Source: Myxococcota bacterium
GTDB lineage: Bacteria; Myxococcota; JACRCW01
Assembly (NCBI GenBank): GCA_040752415.1
Contig: JBFMGU010000196.1
Location: forward strand, 1-20,318
Direction: 5' to 3'
Length of the DNA stretch: 20,318 nucleotides
Shown in pieces: positions 1-8,774 of the stretch (positions are counted from its first letter, which is position 1; the number at the start of each line of letters is the position of its first letter). A model generated the notes under the pieces. That model was not told the origin of the DNA, ran no database searches, and was given only the letters and a program-made list of their open reading frames with translations. Position numbers and translations under genes: made by a program.

Positions 1-186
1 TCAGCGTCGAGTGGTTTGGACAACCGTCAAGGGTCCACGCGCCACGAGGCAGAGCCTCGCCCGACGTCATTGAGCCCCAGGGCTGTTCGGCCCGTTGTGA
101 ACGCGCTCGGCGCTGGCCAGGGCGGCGAGGGCCCGCCGCACTCCAGGTCGTGGTCCGCTGACGACGTCTGCTAACCCCACTGGCAC

Positions 187-206
187 CTTGTTCTGACGCA
201 GCCCCT
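187..206 (+). repeat. Isolated exact 20-bp copy of the foldback element terminus
   Basis: CTTGTTCTGACGCAGCCCCT is identical to 14076-14095 and to the reverse complement of 13256-13275. Confidence 0.9.
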
Positions 207-334
207 GACATCCCGGAATCCCAACGTCCCGGCGTCTGACGCCGTCAGCTCCACCGCGGAAAATCGAACGAATCCCCAGGGTGCCACCGACGAATCCGTC
301 ACGCCGAAAAACCTGCGGCAGGTGGAACACACCC

Positions 335-2296
335 GTGCATCGATCTCCCTTGATTTCCTGGTGGACGATTCTCGCCACGCTTGGGGCCACCACGTCCGCC
401 CACGCCTACAACCACGAGCAACACCAGGGCATGGTGGCGCTCGGCTACAAGGCCATGGCCGCCGCCGCGCTGGAGCGGAACTGCGCGGCGCCCCTGGACT
501 TTGGTGAAGGCGAGCCTCCGCCGAGCCTGCGCACGTATCCGGAGGGCTACTGCATCGCCAACGATGCATCCTGCCAGCCGCGCTGGGAGCAATTCCTGGA
601 CGACATCGAGCGCGGCATCGTCTTCCTGCACGGCGTCAACAGCTCGCTGGCGCCGCCCCAGGGGTCCTGCCCCGATCCCGGCGCCAACGCGCCGCTCGGC
701 GACGTCGAGCACGCCGTGGACCGCTACTACGCGCGGGAGGCCGGCACCGAACGCAACCACTGCGGCGTGTTCACCGGCGACCAGAACGGCTGCTCGCAGT
801 CCGCGCGCCTGTGCAACGCGGACGCGATCTATCGCCAGCTCGCCGCCGAGGATCACACCGGGGATGTGCTGGGCTACTGGGCCACCGAGCCCGACGACGA
901 CGCCTCGGCCGCGGTGCTGGGCGTGAAGCCCACCAACGCCGGCGGCCTGGGCCAGACCATCAACACCGTCAACACGGTTGTTGAAGACACGCTGACCGCG
1001 TTGCTGATTCCCATTGTCTGCGCGGTGAACTTCTTCCGCACCGGCGACCTGGATTGTGGTGACGACGCGCGCTCGCTGGCGGATGACCTCACGCCCGTCG
1101 AGGAGCTCCACGGTCTCATGCCGGTTTTCGGCAACTTCCGCGACGCCGACGCGTATTCCGGGTTGTGGCACTTCCAGCAGCACGTGCCCGGCGCCAGCAA
1201 CCGGTGCGACGACATCCAGGGGGTCTTCTACGAGGAGGCCGGTCCGCGCCGCGTGCCCGACGCGCTGGACATTGCCATCACGGCGATTGGTGACCTCACT
1301 GGACTCACGCTGGACTACGACGACAGCACCGGCCCGGTCCGCTTCAACATCACGGATCCCGACGATGGCGACGCCCCCTCCTGCGCGCGCGACCGCGCCG
1401 AGTGGGAGATCACGACGCTGGGTCACACCGAATTCTCTCCGCTGGACAACCTGGCGCTCTATGGCTGGAAACGCTTCGCGGACTCCACCGACCGGCAGGC
1501 ACGCGACCTGGGATGGCCGCTGCACGCGCTGGGTGACGCCGTGGCTCCGCACCACGTCACCGCGACCACGGGCTGGGGCCACCGCGGCTACGAGGACGCC
1601 GCCGAGGTGCACTGGCTCAAGATCGTCCACATCGACTCGGCGGATGATGAATTCCAGAGGCGGAGAAACCAATATGAAATGCTGCGCAACATCCTGGCGC
1701 ACGCATTCCTCTACGCGCAGATCCTGGACCAGCTGCGGCTGACGCACCCCGGACCCTCGCCCCATCACGCCATCCCGGTTCGCGCGTTCGTGACAACGGT
1801 GGCGTCGCACACCTACCAACTGACGACCGAGCCGGGCAGCGGCGCTCCCCTCTGGCCTTTTGATCCCTCGGTCTCGGTTCCCTACGCGCTGGGCGCCGGC
1901 GCCATCGAATCCGCCGTCGTCAACGAGGTGTACGGCACGGAGAGCTCCATCCTTCATACGCGGAACATGATCGAGCGTGGAGCGGGCGCCATCGCGGCGT
2001 TCCTCAGCGACATCTGGCGAGTCGCAGGGGCGCAGGAGGTGCCCGCGCTCTTCCGCTGCACCGAGACGCCCGGCGGCGGTCTGTTTGAATGCTCCGGTGA
2101 CACCGCGTGCTTCAACTTCTGCTGCGCGCCGGTGTGCGCGGATGCCTGCTCGCTGGATTCCGAATGTGGCGGCGGGGAGCTCTGCACCAACGGCTGCTGC
2201 GAGCCCACGGCCTGCGAGAACCCCTGCGTGTTCAGCGACCAGTGCCCGGCGGGCTTGATCTGCCAGGCCAACTGCTGCGTGACGGAGGTCCGGTGA
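335..2296 (+). CDS. Secreted zinc-dependent phospholipase C / S1-P1 nuclease-fold protein with C-terminal Cys-rich repeats
   Basis: ORF 281..2296; GTG at 335 preferred (GGTGGA at 321-326 upstream). Signal peptide ends in SAHA, so the mature protein starts YNHEQH. Motifs EPDD, LWHF, LHALGDAVAPHH and GHRGYE align by eye with Bacillus cereus PLC Zn-ligand segments (LHYLGDVNQPMH...HSKYE). C-terminal C-x5-C-x5-C-x3-CC type repeats. Confidence 0.75.
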   Translation: MHRSPLISWWTILATLGATTSAHAYNHEQHQGMVALGYKAMAAAALERNCAAPLDFGEGEPPPSLRTYPEGYCIANDASCQPRWEQFLDDIERGIVFLHGVNSSLAPPQGSCPDPGANAPLGDVEHAVDRYYAREAGTERNHCGVFTGDQNGCSQSARLCNADAIYRQLAAEDHTGDVLGYWATEPDDDASAAVLGVKPTNAGGLGQTINTVNTVVEDTLTALLIPIVCAVNFFRTGDLDCGDDARSLADDLTPVEELHGLMPVFGNFRDADAYSGLWHFQQHVPGASNRCDDIQGVFYEEAGPRRVPDALDIAITAIGDLTGLTLDYDDSTGPVRFNITDPDDGDAPSCARDRAEWEITTLGHTEFSPLDNLALYGWKRFADSTDRQARDLGWPLHALGDAVAPHHVTATTGWGHRGYEDAAEVHWLKIVHIDSADDEFQRRRNQYEMLRNILAHAFLYAQILDQLRLTHPGPSPHHAIPVRAFVTTVASHTYQLTTEPGSGAPLWPFDPSVSVPYALGAGAIESAVVNEVYGTESSILHTRNMIERGAGAIAAFLSDIWRVAGAQEVPALFRCTETPGGGLFECSGDTACFNFCCAPVCADACSLDSECGGGELCTNGCCEPTACENPCVFSDQCPAGLICQANCCVTEVR

Positions 2297-4242
2297 AACG
2301 CGCATTGTTGATGGTTTCCCTCGTCGTCACCCCGGAGCTCCTGCACGCGGCGTCCAGCAGCTGGCCCATGATGGGCGGCGCATCCAGCCACGCGGGAAGC
2401 AGCACGTTCCTCGGCCCGGACACCGCCACGCAGGCCTGGCGCGCCAACGTCAGCGGCAAGGCCGGCGGCGCGGTGGTCGACGTCGACGGGTCGGTGTTCA
2501 TTGGCACCGCCAACGGTCACGTCTGGGCGCTGGAGCCCAACGGAACGGTGCGCTGGAGCGTGCGCAACCTGTCCACCGCGGTGGGCGTGCCGGCGGTGGT
2601 GGGCAATGGTCTCGTCGTCGCGGGAACGTCGGCGGGAACGATGTATGCGTGGAACGCGCGTACCGGTGCGCCGGCGTGGACCTTCAAGGCCAATGCGCCG
2701 ATCACCGCCGCGGTCACCGTTGGTCCCGGACCGCGAATCCACGTCGCCACCAGGTCCAAGGGTCTCCTCGTGGTCAACGCGGACGGGGTCCTGCAATGGC
2801 AGGCCAACGTGGGACCGATGAACGGCTCCTCGCCCACCGTCGACGCCGAGGGAAATGTGTACGTCGGCACGTCGGACGGCCGCGTCGTGGCGCTCTCCGC
2901 AACGGGTACGTTGCGCTGGCAGCGGGTGCTGGCGCGCAGCTCCACGACGGAGGGAACGGCGGTACTGCACGCCGGAACGCTCTACGTCGGTGGCACGGAC
3001 GGCGTGATGCACAGCGTCGTCGCGGCCACGGGCGCAACGCGCTGGACGCTGCCGCTGGGCGCGGCCATTTCCGCGGTCGCGGTGCGGGATGACGGCCTGA
3101 TCGTCGTTGCCACCGTGGATGGGCGGGTGCGCGCTTTGTCGGATGGAAACAGCAGCGCGCAGGTGGTGTGGACGCGCGCGCTCGGCGCCGCCCTCGCGTC
3201 GGTGCCGGTGGCCGATCGCGCGGGCCACGTCTACGTGGGTGCGGACAACGGCGTGCATGCGCTGGACGGCGCCACGGGCGCGCCGCGGTGGTCCTTTCCC
3301 ACAAGAGGTGCGGTGCGCTCCGCGCTGGCGCTGGGACTTGGTGGCCGCCTCCTCGCGGGTGCCGAGGATGGTTTCCTCTACGCCATCGGTGAGCTGCGCT
3401 CGGGCTCGGAGTGTTGGAGCAACGCGCTCGTCGATCCGGCGGGTCTCCCCGAGGAGGAGGCGACGCGGCGCCTGCAGGTCCTGCTCGCCGCCTGCGGTGG
3501 ACCGTCGGTGTCGACGTGCGAGGCCATCGTGGTGGGCTCGGCCAACACGGACCGCCTGGGTGCTGCGTACGCGTTGAGCACGCACACCATGGAGCCCGCG
3601 GAATATCTCGGCATTCTTCGCGACCGCACCCGCAAGCTGGACGCCCTGCGCAATGACGACGTGGCCATGTGTGCCGTTGCCGCCGCGGACGACGATGGCG
3701 ACCTGGTTGCCAACGCGTTCGATCTTTGTCCGGACACCCCGCCGCTCACCATGACGACGTCGGACGGCTGCCCCGACGGCACGCTGCCGGAAGCGCCCTC
3801 CGCGTCGCTCGTCTGGCAGTTCCTCGATCAATATGGTTTTGGCGTGGACCCGCACTGCGGAGGCACCGTGCCCATCACGCCGGTGCACCAGAGCGTGACG
3901 ACCGGAACGGTGACGCCGCAGGGTGGTGGTGCGTTCCGGGAGTTTGTGACGTTGGGCGTGGACGCGCCGGACAACCAGCTCCCGGGCTGCGGCACCTGGT
4001 ACGAGTTCCAGTTCTTCGTCCGTCTCGATGACGGCACCATCCAGACGCATTACCTGGTGGTTCCGCGCTCGCGGGGCGTGACGTCGTCCTCGGTGCCGGG
4101 CGTGCTCTTCTTCCGCTTCCAGCACGACGATCCCTCGCCCTACTCGGACTTCGTGGCGAGTTCGGCGTTCGCGGCTCCCACCAGCGTGCGCATCCGGGCG
4201 ACGTCGTTCGCGGGCTACCGCTCGACGTGGAGCTCACTCTGA
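2293..4242 (+). CDS. Secreted PQQ-like (BamB-type) beta-propeller repeat protein with TSP3-like Ca-binding repeat and unknown C-terminal domain
   Basis: GTG start overlaps the upstream TGA (GTGA, 2293-2296), with GGAGG at 2284-2288. Signal-like MKRALLMVSLVV, then WPMMGG..HAG and repeated VYVG..DG.V.AL...G...W blades. DDDGDLVANAFDLCPDTP resembles a thrombospondin type 3 repeat. Confidence 0.85.
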   Translation: MKRALLMVSLVVTPELLHAASSSWPMMGGASSHAGSSTFLGPDTATQAWRANVSGKAGGAVVDVDGSVFIGTANGHVWALEPNGTVRWSVRNLSTAVGVPAVVGNGLVVAGTSAGTMYAWNARTGAPAWTFKANAPITAAVTVGPGPRIHVATRSKGLLVVNADGVLQWQANVGPMNGSSPTVDAEGNVYVGTSDGRVVALSATGTLRWQRVLARSSTTEGTAVLHAGTLYVGGTDGVMHSVVAATGATRWTLPLGAAISAVAVRDDGLIVVATVDGRVRALSDGNSSAQVVWTRALGAALASVPVADRAGHVYVGADNGVHALDGATGAPRWSFPTRGAVRSALALGLGGRLLAGAEDGFLYAIGELRSGSECWSNALVDPAGLPEEEATRRLQVLLAACGGPSVSTCEAIVVGSANTDRLGAAYALSTHTMEPAEYLGILRDRTRKLDALRNDDVAMCAVAAADDDGDLVANAFDLCPDTPPLTMTTSDGCPDGTLPEAPSASLVWQFLDQYGFGVDPHCGGTVPITPVHQSVTTGTVTPQGGGAFREFVTLGVDAPDNQLPGCGTWYEFQFFVRLDDGTIQTHYLVVPRSRGVTSSSVPGVLFFRFQHDDPSPYSDFVASSAFAAPTSVRIRATSFAGYRSTWSSL

Positions 4243-4527
4243 CCCCAGGCCGCACTCCCCATCACCGAACAGCGCGGATTGGGGCCTGAACCCCAACTTC
4301 GACGGGTCACTGGCTGCCCGATACAACGAGGAGCTGCGCGGAGGCCACCGTGGCGCCGTCTCCTCGCCCAGGCCCAGGCTCCCGCCAGCGACGATGATGA
4401 CCTTGTTGTCCATGCCGCGCACCGTCGCCACGGTGGCGGAGCGATGTCACGCCGTGCTTGCACGCTCTGGATCCAGCGCCATAGCGTCATCCGCACCACC
4501 CACGGGAAGAGCGGCCGACATCCGATC

Positions 4528-5523
4528 ATGGACACCACGCGCATCACCGAGCTGCTCCAGAAAGCGCGCGACCCCGGCTACTGGGCGCGACTCAATCCGC
4601 ACCTGACCATCGAGGGACGTCGTCACCGTGCGCCACGCGGGCCCGCGGTGCCGCAGAAGATCCTGCGCCAGGCCGCGGAGCAGATGCATGAACAGGGCTG
4701 GTGTCAGCTCGACAAAGCTGTCGGGACGGCGGACCTCAAGGTGCTGCGCTCGGCCATCGCGTCGGTGAAGCGCGCGGGGTGGTTGTCCGCGTTTGCCTTC
4801 GTCTACGACGAGCTGTGGCTGGCCTCCCGGATTCCCGCGGTGGCGCAGCTTGCGGAGGCCATCCTGGGACCGGGCTACAGGCTCATCCCGGACTTCTGGG
4901 CCTACTTCATCGACGTCAACGACCGCGCGCACGGCTACCGCCCGCACCGCGAGGTCACCACCAACACCCTGATGCCCGACGGGTGCCCCGCCTCCATCAC
5001 CATCTGGCTCCCCATCACCGACGCCACGCTGGACAACGGGTGCATGTACGTGATCCCCACCCACCTCGAGCTCCACCGCTTCGACGAGAGCGAGCTGAGG
5101 CGCATCTACGGCCCGCAGTATGAGCCGCTGGCGCTCTTGCACCGGGCGCGCGCGCTGCCGGCCAGGGCGGGCGCGGCGTTGTCGTGGAACCACTTCGCGC
5201 GGCACTGGGGCTCGTTCAGCTCGTCGAGCGCACACGAGCCGCGCATGAGTGTGGCCTTCGAGTTCATGCGTGGCGACGTGGATCCGGCCTTCCACCCGCA
5301 CACGCACTTCTGGGAGGAGCTGAAGCCCCGCCAGCCCATGGTCATGGCGCCCGACGACGAGCTGCCCTCCCTGGCCAACCGGCTCTACCTGCTGGGAAGG
5401 CAGATTCGTCGCTACTGGCAACCCAACGATCCCGCCGACGTGTTCCCCGCCTTGGGCAACGAGCTGATGCGCGAAGGATTCCCGTGGCGCTGGCAGAAGC
5501 GTCAGCCTTTTAGGGTTTCGTGA
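4528..5523 (+). CDS. Phytanoyl-CoA dioxygenase (PhyH) family 2OG-Fe(II) oxygenase
   Basis: PHRE (H-x-E iron ligands, 4945-4953), ITIWLPITDATLDNGCMYVIP, distal HWG and PRMSVAFEF. ATG 4528 chosen over the ORF start at 4279 because the upstream translation looks non-coding. Confidence 0.85.
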   Translation: MDTTRITELLQKARDPGYWARLNPHLTIEGRRHRAPRGPAVPQKILRQAAEQMHEQGWCQLDKAVGTADLKVLRSAIASVKRAGWLSAFAFVYDELWLASRIPAVAQLAEAILGPGYRLIPDFWAYFIDVNDRAHGYRPHREVTTNTLMPDGCPASITIWLPITDATLDNGCMYVIPTHLELHRFDESELRRIYGPQYEPLALLHRARALPARAGAALSWNHFARHWGSFSSSSAHEPRMSVAFEFMRGDVDPAFHPHTHFWEELKPRQPMVMAPDDELPSLANRLYLLGRQIRRYWQPNDPADVFPALGNELMREGFPWRWQKRQPFRVS

Positions 5524-5545
5524 CCGCGCGGACTACACTCGTGGC

Positions 5546-7474
5546 ATGAGCTCGTCCCCGGTGAGGTGGGAGCCCTCGTACACCGTGCCGCCCGGCGCGG
5601 AGGCCAGGTCTTCCGGTACGCCGGGGCCGATGCAGCTCCCCGAGTTCCTGCAGAAGTATCCCTGGCCCGAGGAGTGGCTGAAGCTCAGGAAGCCGCTGGA
5701 CAACCTCTGGTGCTTCGAGCTCGACGCCACGCCCCAGGAGCTCTGGCCCCACCTCGCCGACACCTCCACCTTCAACCACCGCCTTGGCACCAATCCCATG
5801 GTGTTCACCGAGCGGGATGGTCGCGTGTTCGGGCGGGCCACCAACGCCGGCACGCGCATGGTCTGGGAGGAGATTCCCTGGGAATGGGAGTACGCCAAGG
5901 GGCTCAACAACACGCGCATCTACCGCGAGGGCTTCCTCCACGTCGGGCGCGCGCGCTACCTGCTCAGTGAGATCGGCCCGCGCCGCACGCGTTTCTACGC
6001 GTACTTCGGCTGGATTCCCCGTGGTGTGGGCGGGGCCATCAAGGCGCGACTCGGCGCGGTGTACATCCGTCGCCAGTTCGCGCGGGTGCTCAAGGAGATC
6101 GTGACGTCGTTGCAGCAGGTGCAGTTGCCGGTGGAGCTGCCCCTCCCCGTCTCCGACCTGGAGCCCGGCGCGATGATGCGCCTGGTCAACATCCGCCACG
6201 CGCTGGACCGCGCCGGCGTGGCGCCCCAGGTGCGGGACCGGCTGTTCCAGCTCGTCGAGCAGGCGCCGGATCTCGACGTGCACCGCATCCGCGTCCGCAA
6301 GCTGGTGCGCGCGTGGAACATCCCGGAGCGCACGCTGCTCGGCGCCTTCCTGCACGCCACCCGCCACGGCCTGTTCACGCTGACGTGGGACGTGCTGTGT
6401 CCGCATTGTCGCGGCGTGCGCACGGAGCTGGCCCACCTGGGAGACGTGCCGCCCAAGGGCACCTGCGACATCTGCGGCATCGACTTCGACGTCACCGCGG
6501 TCAACTCCCTCGAGGTCACCTTCCACATCCATCCCACCATCCGGCACGTGACGCCCCAGCTCTACTGCTCCGCCGAGCCCGCGCGACGTGCGCACATCGT
6601 GGTGCAGAAGACGCTGCCTCCGGGCATGGCCACGGAGATGAACACGCTGATGGATGAAGGGCGCTACCGCATCCGCCTGCGCGGCAGCCTCCAGTTCGGC
6701 CTGCTGGACGTGCTCCCGGGCGCCGAGCAGACGTCCTTCACCTGGTCCAGCGAGGAGCTGCCGCCGCAAGTGACCTCGGTGCGCTTGCATCCCACGTTGA
6801 CGCTCAAGAATCCCACCGCCGCGCCGGTGACCTTCACCGTGGAGCGCGACTCGCTGGACACCGACGCGCTGCGACCGGTGGACCTCTTCTGCTTCCAGGA
6901 CTTCCGCGACCTGTTCTCCGAGGAGGCGGTGGCCGCGGACATGCAGCTGGACATCGGCACGCGCACGGTGTTGTTCACCGACCTCGTCGGGTCCACGCGT
7001 CTGTACGAGGAGGAGGGCGACACGGTGGCCTTCGCCTCGGTTCGTCGCCACTTCATCAAGGCCTATGAGACGGTGCGCCAGCACGACGGCGCCATCATCA
7101 AGACCATTGGTGACGCCGTCATGGCCGTGTTCGCCCGTCCCGCCGACGCGGTGCGCACCGCCCTGGACCTGCAGAGCTACTTCAACGGGAGCAACCCGGA
7201 GACCAACCTGCGCCTGCGCATCAGCCTGCACACCGGTCCCTGCCTGGGCGTGCGACTGAACCAGAACATGGACCTCTTTGGCAGCACGGTGAACCTGGCC
7301 GCCAAGATGCAGGCCGCCGCCGACGCGGGTCACGTCGTCTTCACGCGCGTGGTGCGGGAGGACCTGGGCGTGGAGCAGGTGCTGGCGCAGGGTGGTCACA
7401 CGGCGGAGAGCCTGGACTTTGAGCTGAAATGGTCCGGCGCCCGCATGGAGCTGTTCCGTGTCACGGTGAAGTGA
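5546..7474 (+). CDS. Class III adenylate/guanylate cyclase with N-terminal SRPBCC-like and central DUF5939-like (Zn-ribbon) domains
   Basis: Cyclase motifs VLFTDLVGST, KTIGDAVMAVF, LHTGPCL and DLFGSTVNLAAK. CPHC...CDIC Cys pairs lie in the central region. LDATPQELWPHLADT resembles an SRPBCC start. The start could alternatively be ATG 5630. Confidence 0.88.
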   Translation: MSSSPVRWEPSYTVPPGAEARSSGTPGPMQLPEFLQKYPWPEEWLKLRKPLDNLWCFELDATPQELWPHLADTSTFNHRLGTNPMVFTERDGRVFGRATNAGTRMVWEEIPWEWEYAKGLNNTRIYREGFLHVGRARYLLSEIGPRRTRFYAYFGWIPRGVGGAIKARLGAVYIRRQFARVLKEIVTSLQQVQLPVELPLPVSDLEPGAMMRLVNIRHALDRAGVAPQVRDRLFQLVEQAPDLDVHRIRVRKLVRAWNIPERTLLGAFLHATRHGLFTLTWDVLCPHCRGVRTELAHLGDVPPKGTCDICGIDFDVTAVNSLEVTFHIHPTIRHVTPQLYCSAEPARRAHIVVQKTLPPGMATEMNTLMDEGRYRIRLRGSLQFGLLDVLPGAEQTSFTWSSEELPPQVTSVRLHPTLTLKNPTAAPVTFTVERDSLDTDALRPVDLFCFQDFRDLFSEEAVAADMQLDIGTRTVLFTDLVGSTRLYEEEGDTVAFASVRRHFIKAYETVRQHDGAIIKTIGDAVMAVFARPADAVRTALDLQSYFNGSNPETNLRLRISLHTGPCLGVRLNQNMDLFGSTVNLAAKMQAAADAGHVVFTRVVREDLGVEQVLAQGGHTAESLDFELKWSGARMELFRVTVK

Positions 7475-7553
7475 GGACGTGGGTCTTGAGCATCCGTCCG
7501 CGGCGGGGCTACGTTGCGTCGCCGTCAACCCCGTTGCCCAAGGGTCGCATCCC

Positions 7554-8546
7554 ATGAAGCGTTTTCCGTTCACTGGCCTTGTCCTCCTCACCGCCGCGCT
7601 GTGGGCGTGCCCCGGCCCCAATGGCAGCACCTCCTCGTCGTCGAGCTCGGGGGCGGGAACCAGCAGCGGGGGCGGGTCGGACACGTCGTCGTCGTCGAGT
7701 GGGGGGACCGGCGGGTCTTCCAGCAGCGGAGGCGTTTCCAGCAGCAGCCGCGCCAGCTCCTCCAGCAGCGCGCATTCCAGCGCGGGCAACGGCGCATCCA
7801 GCAGCTCCGGGTTCCCGACGTCCAGCGGCTTCATCGGCTCGGGCGGATTCCCGGAGGCGGACGCGGGCTGGACGCCGTACCACGGTGACTGGGAGCCGGG
7901 CGTGGTGTGTGGTGACGGCGTGGTGTGCACCCCGGACGCGGGTGGCCGCTACTGCTGCCTCGGCTTCAGCGGCGCCTACTGCGCCGACGACTGCGCGGGT
8001 TTCCTGGAAGCGGTGATTGCCTGCGACGGACCGGAGGACTGCCAGACCTCCCCGTCGGAGCCCGTCGACGGCGGCGCGGGTGGTGGCGGCGGCGGCGCGG
8101 GCGACGGAGGCGGCGGCGGCTCCAGCAGCGGAACGGCCACCAGCGGCAGCGCGACGAGCGGAACCAGCAGCAGCGGCGGTCCGTCCACCAGCGCCAGCAC
8201 GTCGTCGAGCGGCGGCTCCAGCAGCGCGAGCACCTCGAGCAGCGCGAGCACCTCGAGCAGCGCGAGCAGCGCGAGCAGCACGAGCAGCACGAGCACCACG
8301 GCCTCGACGAGCAGCAGCAGCGGAGGCACCAACGTCCGCATGGCGTGCTGCTACCAGGGCATCCAGGGCGCGAGCTGCGTACCGGAGGGCGACTGCGCGC
8401 TCGGCGGGAGTGGGTTCCTGGGGCCGTACATCCTGTGCACGTCGAACAACGATTGCCCGTCGGGATCCGGCTGCTGCTACAGCCCGACCTTCGAGCAATT
8501 CGCCAGCGCGCTCGACGTGGGCGCGTGCGTCGCGGGCTGCCAGTGA
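7554..8546 (+). CDS. Ser/Gly-rich, Cys-rich lipoprotein
   Basis: MKRFPFTGLVLLTAALWA-C lipobox-like signal, two long Ser/Gly/Thr low-complexity tracts, and Cys motifs CDGPEDC and CTSNNDCPSGSGCC. Confidence 0.8.
   Translation: MKRFPFTGLVLLTAALWACPGPNGSTSSSSSSGAGTSSGGGSDTSSSSSGGTGGSSSSGGVSSSSRASSSSSAHSSAGNGASSSSGFPTSSGFIGSGGFPEADAGWTPYHGDWEPGVVCGDGVVCTPDAGGRYCCLGFSGAYCADDCAGFLEAVIACDGPEDCQTSPSEPVDGGAGGGGGGAGDGGGGGSSSGTATSGSATSGTSSSGGPSTSASTSSSGGSSSASTSSSASTSSSASSASSTSSTSTTASTSSSSGGTNVRMACCYQGIQGASCVPEGDCALGGSGFLGPYILCTSNNDCPSGSGCCYSPTFEQFASALDVGACVAGCQ
8220..8300 (+). repeat. Intragenic tandem repeat, 9 x 9-bp units (AGCAGCGCG / AGCACCTCG / AGCAGCACG variants)
   Basis: Read directly; encodes SSA/STS/SST triplets. 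Confidence 0.85.
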
Positions 8547-8715
8547 GCTGAGCGCGAGCTCTTGCGTCACCCCGATTCACGAAGTGCGTCAACCCGCCAA
8601 CGGCGCCCTGGAGTGCGGTGCAAAGACGGTTGAACGCGCCACGACGTGCAGCACCGCCCTGGATCGGTCTTCCCCGACGTCCGGGCGTCCGCTCCGGCAC
8701 CGGCATTTTCCCGCG

Positions 8716-8744
8716 TTGACGTCGATCCGCGCGCCTGCTCAACT
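8716..8744 (+). promoter_or_regulatory. Possible sigma70-type promoter for the Kelch gene
   Basis: TTGACG-N17-TCAACT about 30 bp before GTG 8775. The -10 match is weak. Confidence 0.25.
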
Positions 8745-8774
8745 TCCCCGTCCCTTGCATCCGAGGAGTGCACC

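Noticed and set aside
4945..4953. Halogenase-type change in the dioxygenase iron triad
   Set aside because: The motif is H-x-E, still a carboxylate ligand; halogenases have Ala or Gly there.
299..7930. Long antisense ORFs (299..2305, 1954..4125, 4447..5421, 5510..7930)
   Set aside because: Shadow frames of motif-bearing plus-strand genes, as expected in high-GC DNA; no recognisable domains.
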